The position numbers and the translations under genes were made by a program. A DNA stretch of 64,000 nucleotides from Lingula anatina (Eukaryota > Animalia > Brachiopoda), in assembly GCA_051362555.1 (NCBI GenBank), contig CM120645.1, positions 3,100,001 to 3,164,000 of the forward strand, written 5' to 3'. The first letter of the stretch is position 1. Each line of letters opens with the position of its first letter. Under the pieces are notes generated by a model, which was not told the origin of the DNA, ran no database searches, and saw only the letters and a program-made list of their open reading frames with translations. Positions 32,263-45,519 of this stretch are shown piece after piece.

Positions 32263-33952
32263 GCCCAATATCTGTGTTTGGTCTCATACTTCATATGTCT
32301 GAGATGGGTTTTAGAAAACTTGGGTCTATAACTGTATATGCTTAAAGAATATAATGTGCAGTTAGATAGGAATATTGTCGTTTACTCCACCTTCTGTCAG
32401 TTTTTATTTATGTATGATTTATTGTTTCACTTCCTATTATAAACCCTCTTTAAAGATGATATATTTCATACCTTAATTTCTTTATGCAGTGGCTGTTATA
32501 CTATGCGGTCTGAATGTATTAAAATTTTGACTTATTGAAGTACTTAACATCTAATTCTCATTAAACTGTGTGGACATCACAGTAAATGCAATGAACTTTC
32601 TACACATGTCAATGTTATTTTCAAGACTTCTTAGTTCACGGCTTTGGTTTTGCTTGTGAACTATCCTTCACAGCTTCATTTTGTATTTTTTAATTTACCA
32701 CACTTCCGAACATGGTACATTTGTTACTTTGCTTGGCATATTGTCTGTTATTAATAATACAACGATACAGCACCTCTTATGTTAATAATAATAATTCTGA
32801 TATACTAGTAAGTTATTTTGGTAAAATATTTCTTAGACATGTGGGCACAATTTAAACTGAGAACAAAATGCAGTTGCTAGAGTTGCTGGAATGCTCAGTA
32901 AGTCACATTTTCAAAGTCAATTATTTGGTCATATATTTCATGAACAGGACATATTCCAAACACACACACAAAAAAGAGACTGCTGTAGACGATCCCTCAC
33001 TGTGCTTGACTTCTGGGCAACTTCACTTTTCATTATTTTTTGCAACATTTTACCTTTAACTCAAACCAGTAGTTTACATCTTGAAATGTCACTTTTCATT
33101 ATTATTGTATGGAGGGATCAAGGCCATTTAGAAAAGGGTGGAAACTTCCAGGGATGAGGGGAGGGGGGTTTACATAGTTTACTTTATTAACACTCAGAAA
33201 AAGGGGTGTCTCTTTCCCCCAGATCATTTCGCCGGTGGAAACTGGCACTTTTTCCTGTGAAATACAGTTTAGTCTCGCACTTAAAGTGTTTGGCACTTCA
33301 CCACTTCACTTATCATTATTTTTTTTTTGCCATATTTTCGTGCCCTGCATTTTACCTGGGAACAACTTGCCTGCAGGCTGACATAATGCCTTACTTCTGG
33401 GCAACTTCACTTCTTATTACTTTTGCTGTACTTTCTCGTGATGAACAGTGGTTTTTACCTGCAAAGTACAGTCTCCTTCTGGTCCTTACTTGTTAACCAG
33501 AGTTTTGATAATAGGATTTAATAAACTTCTCCATCCAACCAATACGCAGAAATACAGACAGACAAAAAAGACAGCTAGAAATGAGAAAGTTTTGCTTTTG
33601 TTGGATTTTATATCACATCTCTCTGTACTGAATGTATATAACCCTATTGCTCTGCCTTTCATTGGATCAGGAGTACCACATACAACGAAAACAAGAACTT
33701 GCAACCAGAAATCAAAAGCCTCAAATTCTATTCAGCCTTATTTCATAAAATTGAGTACTGCACTTGCATCCATTCCTTGTCACACTGGGATCACTTAATT
33801 ACATTCAATAACTTTAAGCTTCTTCCTTCACAAAATGTACTGGGACAGACAGTAGCAAAACTCCGGAAGAGTTGGAGAAAATTTGATACGCCATTCACGT
33901 AAGAGGTGCCTGAGAATCTTATCTTGATGTCCTCTCACATCTTTCTACTTCA

Positions 33953-34340
33953 CTTGGGCTGCTTTCACAGAGTAATTTAAGACCGAAATTAGGTCTAAAA
34001 ATTTAGACAAAATTTTAGCCTACTTTATGTCCACTCAAGGTAAATTAGGAGTTGCCTCATAAATGATTAGGCTTATATTTCACCTTTTTTATGACAAGAG
34101 AGACATGGACTGTTATCATTTTAGACTTACGGGGTCCAGGGGTGGGGGTGAGGGGGGGGGAATCCCTATCAGCATAAAGTAAATTACATAATTATCAAAC
34201 AAAGCAAAAAATGTATATAAATAGGTGCTCTGATAGTTGGCCAACAACAGATTTATCATATCATGCAATAGACTAGATTTTAGGTTTAAAAGTTAGGACC
34301 AACTTTCGGTCTGAAGGTGATTTGTGAAACCTTTCCCTGG
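33953..34340. mobile_element. Degenerate fold-back MITE (TTTCACA...AGACCGAAA arms, possibly PIF/Harbinger-like)
   Basis: About 70-nt imperfect inverted arms at 33953-34022 and 34268-34340. Confidence 0.65.
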
Positions 34341-35743
34341 TCTTGGACAGATAGTTAGCTGTATGGGTGACAGGTGTTGACTTTGATGACTAGAAGCATG
34401 TGAAAATGCTGGCACAGAAAGTCAAATAATGAAATTTAAATCTGTGGATTAAATAATTCTGAAATAGTATGGTGATGGTATTTGAAATACCAGATCAATG
34501 ACTAGTTGACATTCATGATCAGATCATCCAGCTGTTGACCTGGAAGTTGGCAAAGAAAATTGTGAAATCTGTGGATTAGATAATAGTGAAATAGGATCTT
34601 GTGATTTTGGTGAATGATACTTCATAGATCTGACATCAGAAGATGCCTCATCATTCTATAAAAACTCACCCGAAAAATCTTCAATGAAAGCCAGGTGATA
34701 CACGTGTGAAAACAGTTTGAAGAACCAGGTCATGGATGTTTTTATATTGAAAAATTTGTATACAAAAATTGTAAATAATACAGTTTGCCACTTGTAGGCG
34801 ATTTTTAAGATTGCCACTGCGCAAGTGAAAAGCTTGCTTAGTATTTGAGAATATGTTTTATATAGACCTGTGCATCTATGAGATTTAAAAAAGTGACCTC
34901 TCCTATGTAAAGAAAATGAAGAAAAAAAAATACATGAAACAGATTTGAATTGGGTTTCATGCAAATGAGTTTGAAAAATAGAGAAAACCTAAAATATTGT
35001 TTAACAAACCAATGAAGTATTGACGCCCAGCCTTAAGTCAGGGTGCAAGCCACTTAGTCGTAACCTTTCTCCCTCTCAAGTCAGTTAACCTAGGCATGTG
35101 ACATATCTGTATGGGTAATGTCTGCATTCAGACAACCCAATACAGTCCCTATACTATTAAGTTTACATACCTTTTTACCGAAAAATGTGTTTAAGAATAA
35201 AATTGGGATGACTCCAGGGTTAAGGGAGTAACCGCGTCAATCCAAAGGTAATAATTGTCCCATGTTACACAGAATTATAATACCTGTTATTTCTTCAAAG
35301 CGCTTTGGGGCATGCCCTATTTTGTAAATGATGCCTTTAACCTTAGGTGTTGTTGTATTATGGTTTGGGGCCTGCTTACATGTCTGAGACAGGGTTTTTA
35401 ACACAGGTTGACGAAAATAAGTGGACCCCACTCCTCTGCCTTAGGTTATACTGATTCATAGCCAGAATTTCATAGTAATTCACCCGAGGACATTCAGATT
35501 CACTATGAACAACAGGGTGTAACCTCTGTTTTAAATACCTTTTTTTATTTTTGGAATTGAAGGTACCCTGGATTTTTAGTCATAGTTTGAGGTTAAAGGG
35601 CTGTGCGCCCATTGGCAGTGTTCAACACTTGAGCCTCGGGGCGTTTGCTCTGGGCTATTGCCAGTTAAAAGGGTGGTGACCAGGTAACAGTTACTGTATT
35701 CTGGAGACCTGTCCACTGTGATGGATCTGGTGTGAAATCACAA

Positions 35744-36010
35744 TAGGAGACTGGTTTCAGAAAAGAACTCATTACTTAAAGTTGGTCAAGATAATTTAGT
35801 CCATTTTGACACTGCAGGATGAGTCTGTAGTGGTCCACTTGGAAGAAATAGCCATTAGTCTAAAAGTTTAGCCATTTTCTTGCTTTTTTGCAAAGTAGGT
35901 CCAAGATGTTCATCCAAGTGGACCACAGTTGAGTCAAAGTAGGCTAAACTTTTTAGTCTAATAGTTAAGACCAACTTTCACCATAAGTTCCCTTTTAAAG
36001 CAGATCCCAG
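35744..36010. mobile_element. Degenerate fold-back MITE related to 33953-34340
   Basis: Inverted pairs AAAGTTGGTC/GACCAACTTT, GTGGTCCACTTGGA/TCCAAGTGGACCAC and AAAAGTTTAGCC/GGCTAAACTTTT. Confidence 0.65.
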
Positions 36011-39000
36011 TGGCGGTGTCTTTTTGATCTACAGAAAACTAGCAGTGATTACTTGTATTGTTGGTCGTTTTTGTTGGGAGTACATAAAAATTGTCCAGCA
36101 GTTAGAATAATTGTCCAATTTTGGGTGTCTCATGTTCCCTTTATCCCAGTCTTTTCTCTGTTATGGATCTTCCCTTTACCACCCTTGTCAGGAGAGGTGC
36201 TATGTTTTGACTGATATACTGTAACTGTTTTTGTTGTTGCCAGATACAGCTTATATTTTTGTTGCATGATGCTATTGTATATTTCTTCTGAAAAGATTGT
36301 ATGCTGTATCTTTTAAAAGATTCTCTTAACTTTAAACCAATGATTTGTGCATTTGTATGATTTCTTGTAGAAGACCTTTTCTATAGAAAATTTTGCCTAC
36401 TGCTTACTGTAATAAGTTGGTGGGTGAATGGAGAGAGAGAGAGGAAGAGAGAGAATCAGCATTTCTGTCACGCTATTAATTCGGTATTCCCGACATTAAC
36501 TGGAAGCACTTAAACTCCCTGCAGGTGTGCTCTATGAGACCCTGATTGCAATTATGCAACATTACACCTCTGTGGGTGTCTAATGAGGTCACAGTGCTGA
36601 CAGATGGAACCGTTTTGAGCTGGTTAGGGATCTTATTTAAAGACTCACATAATACCTGGGGGTGTTACGTAAGTCAGGCTAAGAATATCAGGTGATCGAG
36701 GTAGAATTTTAAGGTGGTGAATGACAGTGCTGTGCCTTGGTAAGCTGCTGTGGTTCATCACACCTTGATGGGTATGGCTGTGTTCACAGCAGAACTAAAT
36801 TAGATCGATGTTATATAGGAAAGAGTTTGCATTCATAACAGAAGTAATGTAGATTGGAAAGAGCATGTATTCACAACAAAGTTAACTTATAATAAGGGCT
36901 ACTTATATCTAAATTAGACCAGATTTGAACACAATCACAGGGTAGATGAAAATAGAGAAATCTTGCTTCAAGCTTAATTATTGGCTTTAAAATAATTTTT
37001 GCAACATTACTCAATGTTTGTGCTTCCTAATAATGCAAAATGAACACAAAAAAGACCCACACCACTGGAATATGATTTCTTAAAAACTAGTAAACAACTC
37101 AATCATTAATAGCATCTTTTGACAGAGAAAAACTCTGCAGTTAATTTTTGAAACCCATAGGCAAGGGGAGGGGGTCAATAAGGTAATTTGAACAACCTCA
37201 TTTGGCCACGAAAAATTCTGTTTTAAATCAAAATTTGATCTATGATCTATGCCAGTATGGTGAAATGATCCATTTTTCCCAAAAATCCCCCTCCTCCCCA
37301 CCCCCCTCCCCAGAATTGCAGCTGCACAGGTCCATTGCAGAAGGCTAAAGACCAGAATGGTTTCAGCAAAACATGTGGTGTACTTAAAACACAACATTCA
37401 GTATAGAAAGGGCCTCTCAGTTCAGTGCACTCTTCATTTGTCTGGCATTTAACGAGACATATTTACTTAACTCGTAGAATTTTTGGTTGCATAGCCAGCT
37501 TGTATTGTGGCGTAAAGTTTTTAAAGCTGGTTAACCCATTGGTGCATTGTGATTGTAACATGTGAAAGTCAAAAATATCGTAATTGCTTCAGCTGATTTC
37601 AATGGGTTGCAAGGCACTCTAGGGTAGAGACAGTGATATCTTGTGTATTTTTGCAGGATAACTGAGTATATTTTGGTTATTGCTTGCAAGGGTTTATGCC
37701 TGTGACCCTATGAGACCGACAAAAGATATTAATCCACTCGCCAATGTCGGTTATGTGTACTTTCTAAATCTTGCTTAATAAATGTGTGATTTGACTGGCA
37801 ATACTAAGTCAATGATTTGTGTGGTATGGTACATTGTAAACACTCGCCCTGAGGTCAGACTGGGTAAAGCAATAAAAGAAAAAAATTAATCCTGATGATA
37901 GAAGGCACCCAGGACAGTGAAGAAAACAACATTTGGAGTTGTAGAATACAGAATTTTAAGGGCATGAAAGTTGGTTATACTAGCACTTCTCAATACCATG
38001 TAATGGCTGTAAATCTTGTGAGAAAGCTCTAAGGAAAAGCAATTCACGCCTGGGGAAACAATTAACACTGAGAAGCCATAAGGTACAGTCCTAACCACTG
38101 GTATGTGTGTAAATGTGTAATGCCCCTGAAGTTAGGCCTTTGTAGTGTGTTAACATTGGCCAAGTTCACATCACTGATAAACTGAAAATGTTTCGACCTT
38201 TTAGTTTGGAGTCCTTCAAGTAGTCCAGTTGGCATTTGCTTAGTGCTACATCATAAGCAACTTTCTGTTTATGTAATTTGTGTTGTATCGAAACCTGCTT
38301 GATTTCATTCAATTAAATACGTATGCTTGTGTGTTATTTGGATCGACTTCATTTCAGTTTATTTAAGCCTAGTGTGAACACAGTCTTTGCCTTTGATGTA
38401 GTGTGCTAACTTTATTTCTACATCAGTGCACCAGTCTTACAGTGACTAACAACCCCGCGGCTTCGAATCGCAGGGACATTTCTCGTTATAATGATTGATT
38501 TCAAGGCGAATTCCCATCTCGTTCTATCCCCATCTTCATTAAGGGTGATTTCAGTTGATTTGCTAAATAAATAACCTGACCTCAGGCCTACTTAAGTGTA
38601 GACCTTATGCTACCAAAAAAACATTAATCCTCTTATATTAATATGAGCACCAACAAAGGGAATTTCATGCGAGACCAGGTTCAGTTAGTGTCTGTATCCA
38701 TGGGGGCCGTCTGGGGTCATACTTTATGAGATCCTGCTTTTAGGAGGAGACATTCTGGAGAAATGTCAGTTTTGGGCAGTGTAATCTCGGCCTTGAGGTG
38801 TTGTACATGCATGTTTGTTGTCACCGGATATGTTTTACCGACTTCGGGCGCACATTTTTCTTAACAGTAGCCAGATTTTTAGGAAGAATTTAATGAAAAT
38901 AAAAAGTTTGATATTAATAATAAATTGTTGAAAATGAACAATTAAACAAATGCATAATTAAGATACGTAAGAGTGTATATCATTTTCTGGACCAAGATTA

Positions 39001-39706
39001 AAACCTAGTGTTGAACAGTACACATGCCAACTAAGTTCATGGCGTCAGTTGTGATTTGTGACAAGTGGTTGTATATTTGTGGATTTTAGATGGTGTGTAA
39101 CTAACCCTAGGCTGGGGATTGGTGGGGGTTGGAGAGACCTTATTGAGCTGAGATGTTGCATGGCTGAATGTCTCCGTCTAATGACCTAAAGCATGAAATC
39201 GCTGTCTATTTTTAAAGTCTAGAATTTTTGTTTTTATGCCTCAGAAGATATAAAAATGTGGTTTACTTTTTCATGAGAATTTTAAGAGGAATGCTGCTTA
39301 TTTCCTATATCTTTTTTGAATTAAACACCAACAAAAAATGATGAAAAAATGGAACTTTCTTAGATACCAAAGCTCTGGGAAAATATTAAAGAAGTGAGTG
39401 TTATTTTTTTTTCATTTTTTCTTTTTGAATACTTGCCCAAATCGTCTCTCAACTCCTGAGAAGTTTTTAAAAGATATTTTAGCAAAACGGCATCCTGCAT
39501 TTGTCCCTACTGTTCTTCGGAGTGGGTGGGCTGACGTTTGGAGAAGTCAATACCGTGAAATTTCATACCTCATTGAACATGAAGAGAGTTGTGGGAATGA
39601 GTTGATAAGTGGAAGCTGAAAGTGAAAAAAAATCCCTTGATGAAAACAAGATATAGCTAACACATTTTCAAAAACAATATCCTTGAAAGGGCCTTAAAGG
39701 GACAAA

Positions 39707-39737
<31 letters not shown>

Positions 39738-39980
39738 CGGGGGAGGTGTCCACTGAGAGAAAAGTGTACATAATTTCAAAAATAAAAAGAAAATTAGCAT
39801 TATTTTCTGTAAAACAGTAGAACATGTTCAAAATCGTGGTCTAGGATATAGGGCTGATATTAAAGTCTTATACTACACTGTCACTGCTGATGTTTGATTA
39901 AAAAAAAAACCTTGAAATAAAGTGGCACCCTCAAATGTCTTAAATCTTCAGACAGCTAGAGTACTTCCACAAAGACTCCC

Positions 39981-40229
39981 AGGCCACATTCCCATAGCCA
40001 CCGTCGGCTATATAGATCGATCCAACTCCATGTGGACTCTCGCTGAATGCAATCAGCTCAATAGCTTAACACACCTAAAGATAGAATGCAGAAAAGTTGG
40101 TGATTATTACAAGTATGTTGGAAACAAGAGCAGGGGTGTCAATCAGTTAAGCTGATTGCACTCACCAATAGTCCCTGCTGAGTTGAATTGATCTACAAAG
40201 ATCAGTGGTGTCTACAGGAATGGTGTCCT
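39981..40229. mobile_element. Fold-back MITE with about 95-nt inverted arms
   Basis: Arms 39981-40075 and 40132-40229 align along their length, e.g. TGCAATCAGCT/AGCTGATTGCA, TAGATC..CAACTC/GAGTTG..GATCTA and CATTCC/GGAATG. Confidence 0.75.
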
Positions 40230-40924
40230 TCTTGTATGTAAGCATGGTAGGGCAGTGGTTTTTTTTGGGAGAAAGTGAGAGCATTGGACTTCTTAAAAGT
40301 TTTTAAAAAATGACAACATCAGTTTTCCTGTAATATTTAGAATAAAAGATGTTTTTTTCTTCATTGTTGTGCCTTTTTGCTTCGGAGTTATGCTACCCCT
40401 CACCCTGATTTTGTGTTAAACAGAGATTTTTCTTCTACAACATTGAGCACCAGTGGGAATGTTACATTGTTTCTTTGAAAATAAATGTGCTATGCATGCA
40501 CTATAGAGTTGGTATGTATTATTGGGTGATGGAAGGGGGAGGGGGATAAGTGAAATATGTGTAGACAAAATAGGGTTTTAACTCAGCAGTACTATAGGGG
40601 CTATACAGTGACTAATTAGTACAGCCAGTGGTGACTGCATTGTCATTAAGATTACTGTTACAATGGATACCCCCCCTCCACTCTTCTAAAAGATCCTTCT
40701 CTAAACCTGTTTCAATTTCCTAAACAACATCACAACCAGTCACCTTGCTGATTGACTCTGCCTTATCATAGAATAGAGATCCCCAAAGTGAAAACATTGC
40801 TGTGTCAACTTCAACTAATTTCAACACCATGACACTTCCTCTGCTCCGGGTTCTTGTTGCATACATATCTAGGCCATCTTGTCTGGGTGTTAAATTGTAC
40901 AACACAAACAAATTGGGAGACATT

Positions 40925-40950
40925 GGGGGGGGGGGGGGGGGGGGGGGGGG
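40925..40950 (+). repeat. G26 homopolymer
   Basis: Direct reading. Confidence 0.9.
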
Positions 40951-43900
40951 TTTGAAGGGTAGGTGCAGGTGTGCATTTGTCAAGAAAGGTGGGCCATTCA
41001 TTATAATTGCATCTAATAAGTTTAATTAATGATGCTGTATTAATAAGCAAAATGTTGCAAACAATATGGATCTTGCTGATTTGGGGTGGGGGTGGGGTTA
41101 GGGGGTGGGGGGGTGAGCACAGGAAGGTTTGGTAAAGGTATGTTTTTGTTGGAGAACCATGGTGTGAAATAGTGGATCTTTGAATGCAGTTTTGTCTGTA
41201 GTACATTGATAAAGGTGGCATCCCAATCTGATATCTGTCTATGCTTTTAAGATTTTACCGAGCAAAGAGAGAGCTCTTGTACACAATGCATATTTCTAGG
41301 GAAACAGTCTAGGCACACATTGGTACATATCTGGACCTGTTTGCTAATATCAGGGTCTTGGTATGCCGTTGGCATTGTCCCAGTGTGCTAATGATGATGT
41401 TTTACAAAGTTGTTCCCTTAGGGTGACAAGATGATCTAATATGTTGTCAGGGTTTGGGAGAATGGAAATGTCCTCCCCTGCAGTGTTTACACCAGGTGAT
41501 TATTTCCAGTATATCTAATCTACTTCTTAGATCTTACATTACTTAGTGTGCACCAGTTTTTAAGCTGCTTGAATTTCTGCAGAACTCTTTGCTTTTTATG
41601 TACGTTGTTTAATGGCAGGTGAAAATATTTATTGTCACTGCACGGGAATTAAAATGTTAGCCCTGTTTACACTCACCACAAAATTTAGTTTGTTTCGCTC
41701 CTGGTATGCATCAGTTATTAACCAGCGAATCTGTCTGATCTATGTCTTTCTGTGACTATAATGTAATGTAAGATTTGGGATATGGAGAAGTAGGAGGAGG
41801 GATGGGGTCCTGCTACCCCATTTCCTTGTCTTGTTGTGTGAAAAATCCTTCAAGAAAAGACACAATTTGAATTATTATTAGTATTGAAAAACATCATCTT
41901 GCAGTCTTCATAGCTTGAATTTTCTGTCTTTTTTTTTGGGAGAATGAGTTAGTCTGTTCCTGTTTTGTTTAAGACCCGTACTCCCCCCCTCCCCACTGTC
42001 ACTGAAGTCAGTTTACTGTGCCCTGTGCATCCTGGAGCAACTGTCTTTGAGAATACCATCAGATTTTATTTAGCCTATTTGCTGTTCGAATGTAGACTGG
42101 TACGCACCAGGATCGCTTTTAGGTTGCACCAGTTTGTCTTGTGTTTATGGCACTTATTAGAGCCCGAGGCAATTGTCTGTTCCCCCCACCAGATTCAATT
42201 CAGCAAAGTTTAATGGGGAGCCGAGACACATCGAGATTACATACATGCAGGGATTATGGCCTCTGTGCTCAGGTTGCAAGGGGCAAGCTGTTCAGAACAG
42301 GGGAGGCCAAGATTAATTTGTGTAACAGGGGAATAAAAAACCCATAAACTCAATTACATCAGAACCTACGTCTCCACGGTACAAGTATTTAACTTCTCTA
42401 CAGAGAGAGATCAGTGAAGGGAAAAAAGCAAAAAAAGCACTTGTTGCAGATAAAATAGCACATAAATTGATAAGAGAGATTATAGAGGAATCTTTAGAAT
42501 GTAAAAGCTGGTGAAATTGGATGGGGATTCTGCACGCTACTGAGTTTGATGGAATTTTATTTCAAGGGCAGTTCCACTCATATGATTTAAAGAATATGTA
42601 AATGATGTTTTAAAACAAAGTTATTCTTAGCTTAAGGACCAAATAATAAGAGTCACACATGACATTTTGGTCCACCATCTATGGAAACATCGGTTATTTA
42701 GTCTTTAAGGAATTACTCAGGTCTCTGTTTAACCATCCTATCTAGAAACCACGAAAAAAACAAAAAAATCTCTTATAAAATACTTTGTTTTTCTTTCAGA
42801 ATGTTTAAATGGATGCTGTAAGTATCAATTTAATAATGAGAAAATTTCATCTTATGCAGGCCGTATTACTAAACTGAGATAAGAAATGTGTAGAAAAGGA
42901 GAGATTGGCTAAGTAAGGTTCAAACAGTGCTGATATGTAGTTACATATACCTGAGGGTTATTATAAAACATTACATCATTCAAACCATTCCACCAGTAAT
43001 AATTCTAGTATTAGCATTACCCCCTTCACTGCCTAATCCCTGTGAACTGAATGTCCTTTTCCCTGTGTTTTCTTACCTGGATGTCTGGAACCATGGCAAC
43101 AAAATGAAGTCTTCCACTTGTTATGAAGTAATGAAGATGTGTCAAGTGATACAGCTTAATTCTTTATTTCTTTTATATTTAGTTGTATTTTTGAGTGCAG
43201 TGTTGCTGGCATTATGGTATTCAATATGCATAGATCCTTGGGGGGGGGGGGGGCAGTATATTAAGAAAGGTCTGGTACACAGCATTGAAAATAGTGTTAG
43301 ATTTGATATGGGCCGATATTATATAGGTTTTGGGGTCCAACACCCTCTTTTGATATGATAGGAAAATACAGATCACCAGAATCATAGGGAAAATATCACC
43401 ATAAAGGTGGACTACTGCTGGGGTGGCAAGTGTCTCTGCAGTATGAAATCTGACAGATAGTTTCATGATGGTTTAACTCTTTGTCGTTGTGAACTCGGCC
43501 ACAATAGCACCACGGGGTCAGTCAGTGACTTCTTAAGGCCCCCACATTCCACAGTAAGGAATCCTCAAATACTCAATCTTTTCAAATTATTGGGCATTTA
43601 TACACATATCATCTTTAAGTGGATCAGCAAAGCAAAGCCATGCAGGGTGGCTGTTCAAACAACTTGGGTCAAAAATACTCAAACATTGGAGAACTTCACA
43701 GTTATTGAATACAATGCACTAGACATCCTCAGGTAAAACGGTGGAAGAAAAGTAATAGCAGTGCAAAGTGCAATAGCTAAATAGTGCTCCCCCTTTTTAA
43801 GTGCTGTTCACATAAGGGTTAAATAGTTCAAATCTCAATTGCTGCTAATGGCATGTAGGCAGTTGTGATTGTAATCGACAGGTTTGTGCATGGCTTGTAG

Positions 43901-44765
43901 TCTAGGATTGAATTTTTTACTGGCCATTTTTGAGGATGAGCTGCACTGTGTGTATGGGGTTGGGTGAGAGGGGTAGGGGTGGTTGAACCTTTTCTTTGTC
44001 ATTTCCAGCTCTGTATTTTTGATCTATTCAATGCTTATGTAAATGCACCCTAAGAGTATTTGTCCAGTCGTTGACTTTGGGTGCCTTTGTGTTGAAGTGA
44101 TATTAATACGCTGTCCCAAGGAGCCAGGTGAGAACACTTGACGTTGACCCCACGTTTCGTCAATCCTACCACACTGGAGCTGCTCAACAATAAATGGAAT
44201 TTGATGAATGCTTCAACAGTTTTATGGAATCGTTTTAAAATTCAGTCAGACTTTCTTTTTGTGTTAAAATGTACTCCCAGTCCATATGTCTCTGAGAGAT
44301 ATGGACCTGAGAGACTGTACAGTACGCTATATATAAGGCTCTATTTATATACACTTGTTTGCAGAAAAAAAGATATAAAGTCAAAGAAAAGTCAGTTTGT
44401 TGAACTTGGTGCATAAGTATAAATCATATACTTTTTGTCGATGATCATTGTATTTATGCACACCTGTTTGCAGACAAAAAAGAATGGAATTCACTGTAAA
44501 GTCAGTTTTTTGCTTTGTATTTGTGTTTATGAATACAGAACTCCCAAGGTCTGGATAAAAGGGGAAATGTATGCCTGTCTACAGTTTTGGAGACAGAGAT
44601 GCAAAGATTATGTCAGAGTTTGACATCAAAAGGAAACATTTAGGCTTTAGGTTGCTGTTATCTTTTTCAGAAATATTTCACATTGGATATGATTTGTGTG
44701 TGAATGGGGATTTGGGGGCCCCCACTCGTAACGTGGTTAGGACATGAATAACTGTGTAGATCACA

Positions 44766-44772
<7 letters not shown>

Positions 44773-44801
<29 letters not shown>
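44773..44801. repeat. (TG)n microsatellite
   Basis: Direct reading. Confidence 0.95.
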
Positions 44802-44804
<3 letters not shown>

Positions 44805-45330
44805 CTTATGTGCATGTGTGTGTGCGTGTGCCTTTGCTAACGTGTGCATGCCCATTTGCACAGGTGCATATTCATAGACACATGCAGGTTATATATTTGC
44901 CACATTAGTCTCTCCCCCTTCTCTCTTCATCATGAATCTCCAGCCATGCTCTGTTATGTACTCCTAAGCCATGTGTTGTACCTCTTCAACAGATAACACC
45001 TTTAAGCCGGATTAAGGCATGTTCGTCAGTTTGTGTATGTGTACAAATATAGACCAGGGAAAACGGTAGTCACTGTTAAGTTCAGGCCTTGTTAACTGTC
45101 AAGTTTAGCTGATTTATTGGGAAACACCCATCTCAGATGGTGATGGTATTGCGATTAGCTCATAGGAAATCTAGTCCCTCTGTTCCCGTATCTGTCATTG
45201 TTGTGATGATGGTAAATTGTGCAAGTTTTACTTCCTGTGATTTACTTCCTATCATGAGCTAGGTCCTTGTAGCAAAGGCCTGTGAAGAAGCGGTGAGACT
45301 ATCCGATTAATATGTAGTCCGCAAATCTGT

Positions 45331-45519
45331 TGGAGCTTTTTCCGAACTGCAGACCAACAGATCTGCGGATCAAATATGGCAACCCGCTAAAAAGCTTGCG
45401 CCATAATTCCTTACCAGACACTGAATGGATTCCCTGCAGGGATTACACAATACGCATTCATTTGGGTCGGCCACATTTGATCCGTGGATCTGTTAGTCCA
45501 CTGTTCTGAATGCGCTCTG
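45331..45519. mobile_element. Fold-back MITE with about 55-nt inverted arms
   Basis: AACAGATCTGCGGATCAAATATGGC is the near reverse complement of GCCACATTTGATCCGTGGATCTGTT. Confidence 0.7.

Noticed and set aside
40720-41221. Poly-Pro and poly-Gly ORFs
   Set aside because: Artefacts of G homopolymers.
31170-43740. Other AG|GT juxtapositions (near 31180 and 43732) as recursive splice sites
   Set aside because: Weak pyrimidine tracts and weak donors compared with the site at 50680.
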